Below, piece after piece: positions 37,287 through 40,265 of a DNA stretch of 40,265 bases (positions within the stretch are counted from its first letter, which is position 1; each line of letters starts with the position of its first letter). The stretch lies in contig JAYUSC010000582.1 of the NCBI GenBank assembly GCA_043755885.1, positions 1 through 40,265 on the forward strand. Direction: 5' to 3'. The notes beneath the pieces were generated by a model. It had not been told where the DNA came from. It was given only the letters and a program-made list of their open reading frames with translations, and searched no databases. Source of the DNA: Pseudanabaena sp. (GTDB taxonomy: Bacteria > Cyanobacteriota > Cyanobacteriia > Pseudanabaenales > Pseudanabaenaceae). The position numbers and the translations under genes were made by a program.

Positions 37287-38225
37287 GTGTCAGAAATGTT
37301 GTGGTCAGTGGTTGTGCCAACTTATAACCGTTTACCAATTTTACAAAAATGTCTTGCCGCCTTGGAAAAACAAACCATAACTCAACCTTATGAAATTTTG
37401 GTGATTGATGATGGGTCGTCTGATGGCACGGTCGAGTTTTTGAGAGCTAACTGCGATCGCTATCCGCATTTGCGACTGTTAACTCAAGATCATGCGGCGG
37501 CGGCGGCGGCTCGTAACTATGGTATTGACTCGGCGCTTGGTAAATATATTGCTTTTGTCGATAGCGATATTACGGTTAATCCTGAATATCTTCAAGCTCA
37601 TACGGAGAATCTTGCTGAAGGTGAAAAAGTTTATAGCTACGGACGGATCATTGATACTAGCAATCTAGAATCGCCTGACTCTGAACCTGTCTCGGCAATA
37701 CCATATTTTACTGCCGCGCTGTTTGATACTTGTAATTTAGCGATCGCACGTAAATGGTTGCTGGAGGCAGGAAAATTTGATACTGGTTTTTTTCAGTATG
37801 GGTGGGAAGATTTTGAGTTAGGGATGCGGGTTAAGAAACTGGGCTTAAAACGGTTGACTTGTGCTGGTGCGATCGCATTTCATTATCACGCTAAGTTTTC
37901 TGTTGACAAAATGCCTCGGTTGCTCGATCTCGAAGAACAACGCGGTCGCATGAGTATTATTTTTTATCAAAAACACCCCACATGGGAAGTTAGGTTAATG
38001 ATCCAAAAAACTTGGCTGCATTTGGCGCTATGGGGGATTCTCACTCTGGGCGGAACGCTGAACGATCGCACGCTCAAGCCTTTACTAACATGGTTATGCG
38101 ATCGCGGGAAATCAGAAGTGGCAATGGAAATTTTTCGGATTTATATGAATTGGTATACGGTAATTTGGATGTATCGCAATTGGGATAAAGAAAGCAAATT
38201 GATGTTCCATTCAGAATTGGTATGA
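37287..38225 (+). CDS. Glycosyltransferase family 2
   Basis: VVPTYNR, IDDGSSDGT, FVDSD and YGWEDFELG motifs. Confidence 0.9.
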   Translation: MSEMLWSVVVPTYNRLPILQKCLAALEKQTITQPYEILVIDDGSSDGTVEFLRANCDRYPHLRLLTQDHAAAAAARNYGIDSALGKYIAFVDSDITVNPEYLQAHTENLAEGEKVYSYGRIIDTSNLESPDSEPVSAIPYFTAALFDTCNLAIARKWLLEAGKFDTGFFQYGWEDFELGMRVKKLGLKRLTCAGAIAFHYHAKFSVDKMPRLLDLEEQRGRMSIIFYQKHPTWEVRLMIQKTWLHLALWGILTLGGTLNDRTLKPLLTWLCDRGKSEVAMEIFRIYMNWYTVIWMYRNWDKESKLMFHSELV

Positions 38226-38250
38226 TCCCCCCAGTCATAGCATAAGTCTA

Positions 38251-38323
38251 GGGCTGCGCCACAGGGCGCAGCCCCTACAAAATCTAAATTATTCAGGTAG
38301 GGGCAATCTCCCCGTGGTTGCCC
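38251..38323. repeat. Doublet of inversely oriented GTAG-tailed REP-like hairpins
   Basis: Minus strand GTAG-GGGCTGCGCC-ctgt-GGCGCAGCCC (38251-38278); plus strand GTAG-GGGCAATC-tccccgt-GGTTGCCC (38297-38323). Confidence 0.75.
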
Positions 38324-38355
38324 TGCCACGCGAGCAGCAAGAAATTCATCATCTC

Positions 38356-40265
38356 TCAATTCTCTTTTAATCGTGGTGGCAACTCAATTGTAAATATAGA
38401 ACCTTGATTAACTATACTTTGTACAGAAATTGTGCCGCCCATTAGCAAAACAAGCTGCTCCGTAATCGCTAACCCCAACCCAGTTCCACCATGTTTACGA
38501 GTAGAAGACTGATCGACTTGACGGAATTGCTCAAAAATGGTGCGCTGGAACTCAGGCTCAATACCAATGCCTGTATCTCGCACTGAGATAAGAATATTTG
38601 ATGTCGCGAAAGGAGAAGTCTGCACTTCTTCGCCCGATGAATGATTGGGATCTGTGATTGTCTCAGATGCAGACATTTCTACGCCCGTATTTGGTATTTC
38701 CGCATAGGTTAGCTCCACACAAACTTCACCATTATCAGTAAATTTAATCGCATTAGAAACTAAGTTAGTAATCACCTGCTTAATCCGAATCGAGTCATGA
38801 TAGATCGCGCAAGTACCAATCTGATTCTCAAATACAAAATCGAGGGATTTGATACTGGCTAGCGGTTGTAGGCTTTCGCAGGTATGGTGAATTAATTCAT
38901 CAAGGTTGAAAATTTCTGGATGCGCTTCCATCTTCCCTGCTTCGATTTTTGACAAGTCGAGAATATCGTTAATCAAATCCAGTAGATTTTTGCCATTGCG
39001 AAGAATCCGCTCCACCATGTCCACTTGGCTCGATGAAAGAGCATCACGGCGTTGGCGCAATAGCACTTGCGAAAACCCAATAATCGCATTCATCGGTGTG
39101 CGTAGTTCATGACTCATATTTGCCAAGAACTGACTCTTTAGTTGAGTTGCTTCTAGTAACTGAGCATTCTGAGCTTCAATTTGGTTGATTAACTGAGCAT
39201 TACCAATTGCGATCGCAGCTTGCACACCAAAGGAAGCCAACAGATTCAAATCTTCGCGAGAGCTAGATCTCTCCAAATGACAATGCCCGATCGCTAATAC
39301 GCCCAAACGCCCAGAGCGACTAGATTCAATCGGCACACACAAAGCACTTTTGACGGGTAAACCCTCAATAAGATTCGATTCCCCCGCTTTAATCTCAATC
39401 GGAATGCCCTCTTTAAACACCTGTGCAATCAGATTTTGAGCATCTAGATCAAAGGATTCTTGCAAAGGGAAATCATCGGGCAAACCTTTTGCTGCTGATA
39501 ACGTTAGTCGATTCTCTTTAGGATTATATAGAGCAATTACGCAAATCTCCGCCCACATGATCGCGTCACAAGTTGCTTCCACCACTGATTCCAAAAGGAC
39601 ATCAAGATCTTGTAACTGTTGGTTAATCAAGTTGGTGAGCCGTTGCAAAATGCTCATCCGCTTTTGCTGTTCAAGCATGATTTTATTGGTCTCTTGCAGC
39701 ACCTTGTCGCGATAGCGCTGCTCAGTGACATCGCGCAAAATCATCACACTACCAATTAGTTCTGATTCAGTCCCTACTAGCGGTGCAGCCTTAGTACTAA
39801 GGATGATTTCATTACCTTCAGGCGGACGTAAAACCACTTGATCTTCCACAACTTCGCCTGTGGACATAGCGCGAAAAACCACCAGATTTGCTAAGTCTAC
39901 AGGTTCGCCATCCTGATGCCTGATGTCAAATTGTTTGACAATCTCTTCCATCGACTTCGCAATTACAGGCGATGCCGATATACCGTCATTCACCGCGTTG
40001 AAACTGAGAATTTTGCGCCCTGCGGAGTTGATTTTGAGAATCCGTCCCGCAGGATCGCTAAGCAATACGCCATCGGCAAGCTGCTCGAATACAGTGGTTA
40101 GTTCTTCGCGCTGACGGGCGATTGTTTCGATACTCTGAGCATTGCTAATGGCGGTGGCAAGGCGACGACCGATTGATTCTAAAATGTTCCGTCCCCGTTC
40201 TGAAAGTGGTGTAAGGCTACCTAAAAACAGAACTCCCACAAGGGTTCGTCTAAGCATCAGCGGAT
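38356..40265 (-). CDS. PAS/GAF sensor histidine kinase, 5' end probably outside the window
   Basis: H-box FLANMSHELRTPMN, N-box NLVSNAIKFT, DTGIGI and GGTGLGL. PAS and GAF lie upstream, and the frame is open to the window edge. Confidence 0.92.
   Translation of the reverse strand, partial: PLMLRRTLVGVLFLGSLTPLSERGRNILESIGRRLATAISNAQSIETIARQREELTTVFEQLADGVLLSDPAGRILKINSAGRKILSFNAVNDGISASPVIAKSMEEIVKQFDIRHQDGEPVDLANLVVFRAMSTGEVVEDQVVLRPPEGNEIILSTKAAPLVGTESELIGSVMILRDVTEQRYRDKVLQETNKIMLEQQKRMSILQRLTNLINQQLQDLDVLLESVVEATCDAIMWAEICVIALYNPKENRLTLSAAKGLPDDFPLQESFDLDAQNLIAQVFKEGIPIEIKAGESNLIEGLPVKSALCVPIESSRSGRLGVLAIGHCHLERSSSREDLNLLASFGVQAAIAIGNAQLINQIEAQNAQLLEATQLKSQFLANMSHELRTPMNAIIGFSQVLLRQRRDALSSSQVDMVERILRNGKNLLDLINDILDLSKIEAGKMEAHPEIFNLDELIHHTCESLQPLASIKSLDFVFENQIGTCAIYHDSIRIKQVITNLVSNAIKFTDNGEVCVELTYAEIPNTGVEMSASETITDPNHSSGEEVQTSPFATSNILISVRDTGIGIEPEFQRTIFEQFRQVDQSSTRKHGGTGLGLAITEQLVLLMGGTISVQSIVNQGSIFTIELPPRLKEN

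Noticed and set aside
69-40114. Numerous short (60-116 aa) antisense or alternate-frame ORFs in the ORF track (e.g. 69-338, 11905-12255, 28718-29053, 29771-30085, 38141-38359)
   Set aside because: They shadow well-supported genes or repeats and show no recognisable motifs.

Overview
Cyanobacterial DNA: the HIP1 octamer GCGATCGC is frequent, and the style is Pseudanabaena-like, which is an inference. The window is dominated by a ~32-kb minus-strand surface-polysaccharide (probably LPS O-antigen) cluster of about 28 co-directional ORFs (5272-37071). It encodes a WbpA/B/D/E-type diacetamido-uronic acid pathway interrupted by a deacetylase + formyltransferase pair, a second amino-sugar module, and a flippase-like + GT-C membrane pair that appears frameshifted. 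It also carries several glycosyltransferases, a Wzm/Wzt ABC exporter with a C-terminal extension, five methyltransferase domains, an AsnB-type amidotransferase, an epimerase pseudogene and an FnlA/QnlA/QnlB-type L-6-deoxy-HexNAc trio. Two glycan-modifying enzymes carry 21-bp tandem repeats that add whole coiled-coil heptads next to amphipathic helices, suggesting repeat-tunable chain-length rulers. Three MITE-like elements lie in the cluster. The flanks carry a GAF + His-to-Asn pseudo-Hpt protein, hypothetical proteins, further GTs, a REP doublet and a partial PAS/GAF histidine kinase. All calls come from reading motifs by eye; no database searches were run.
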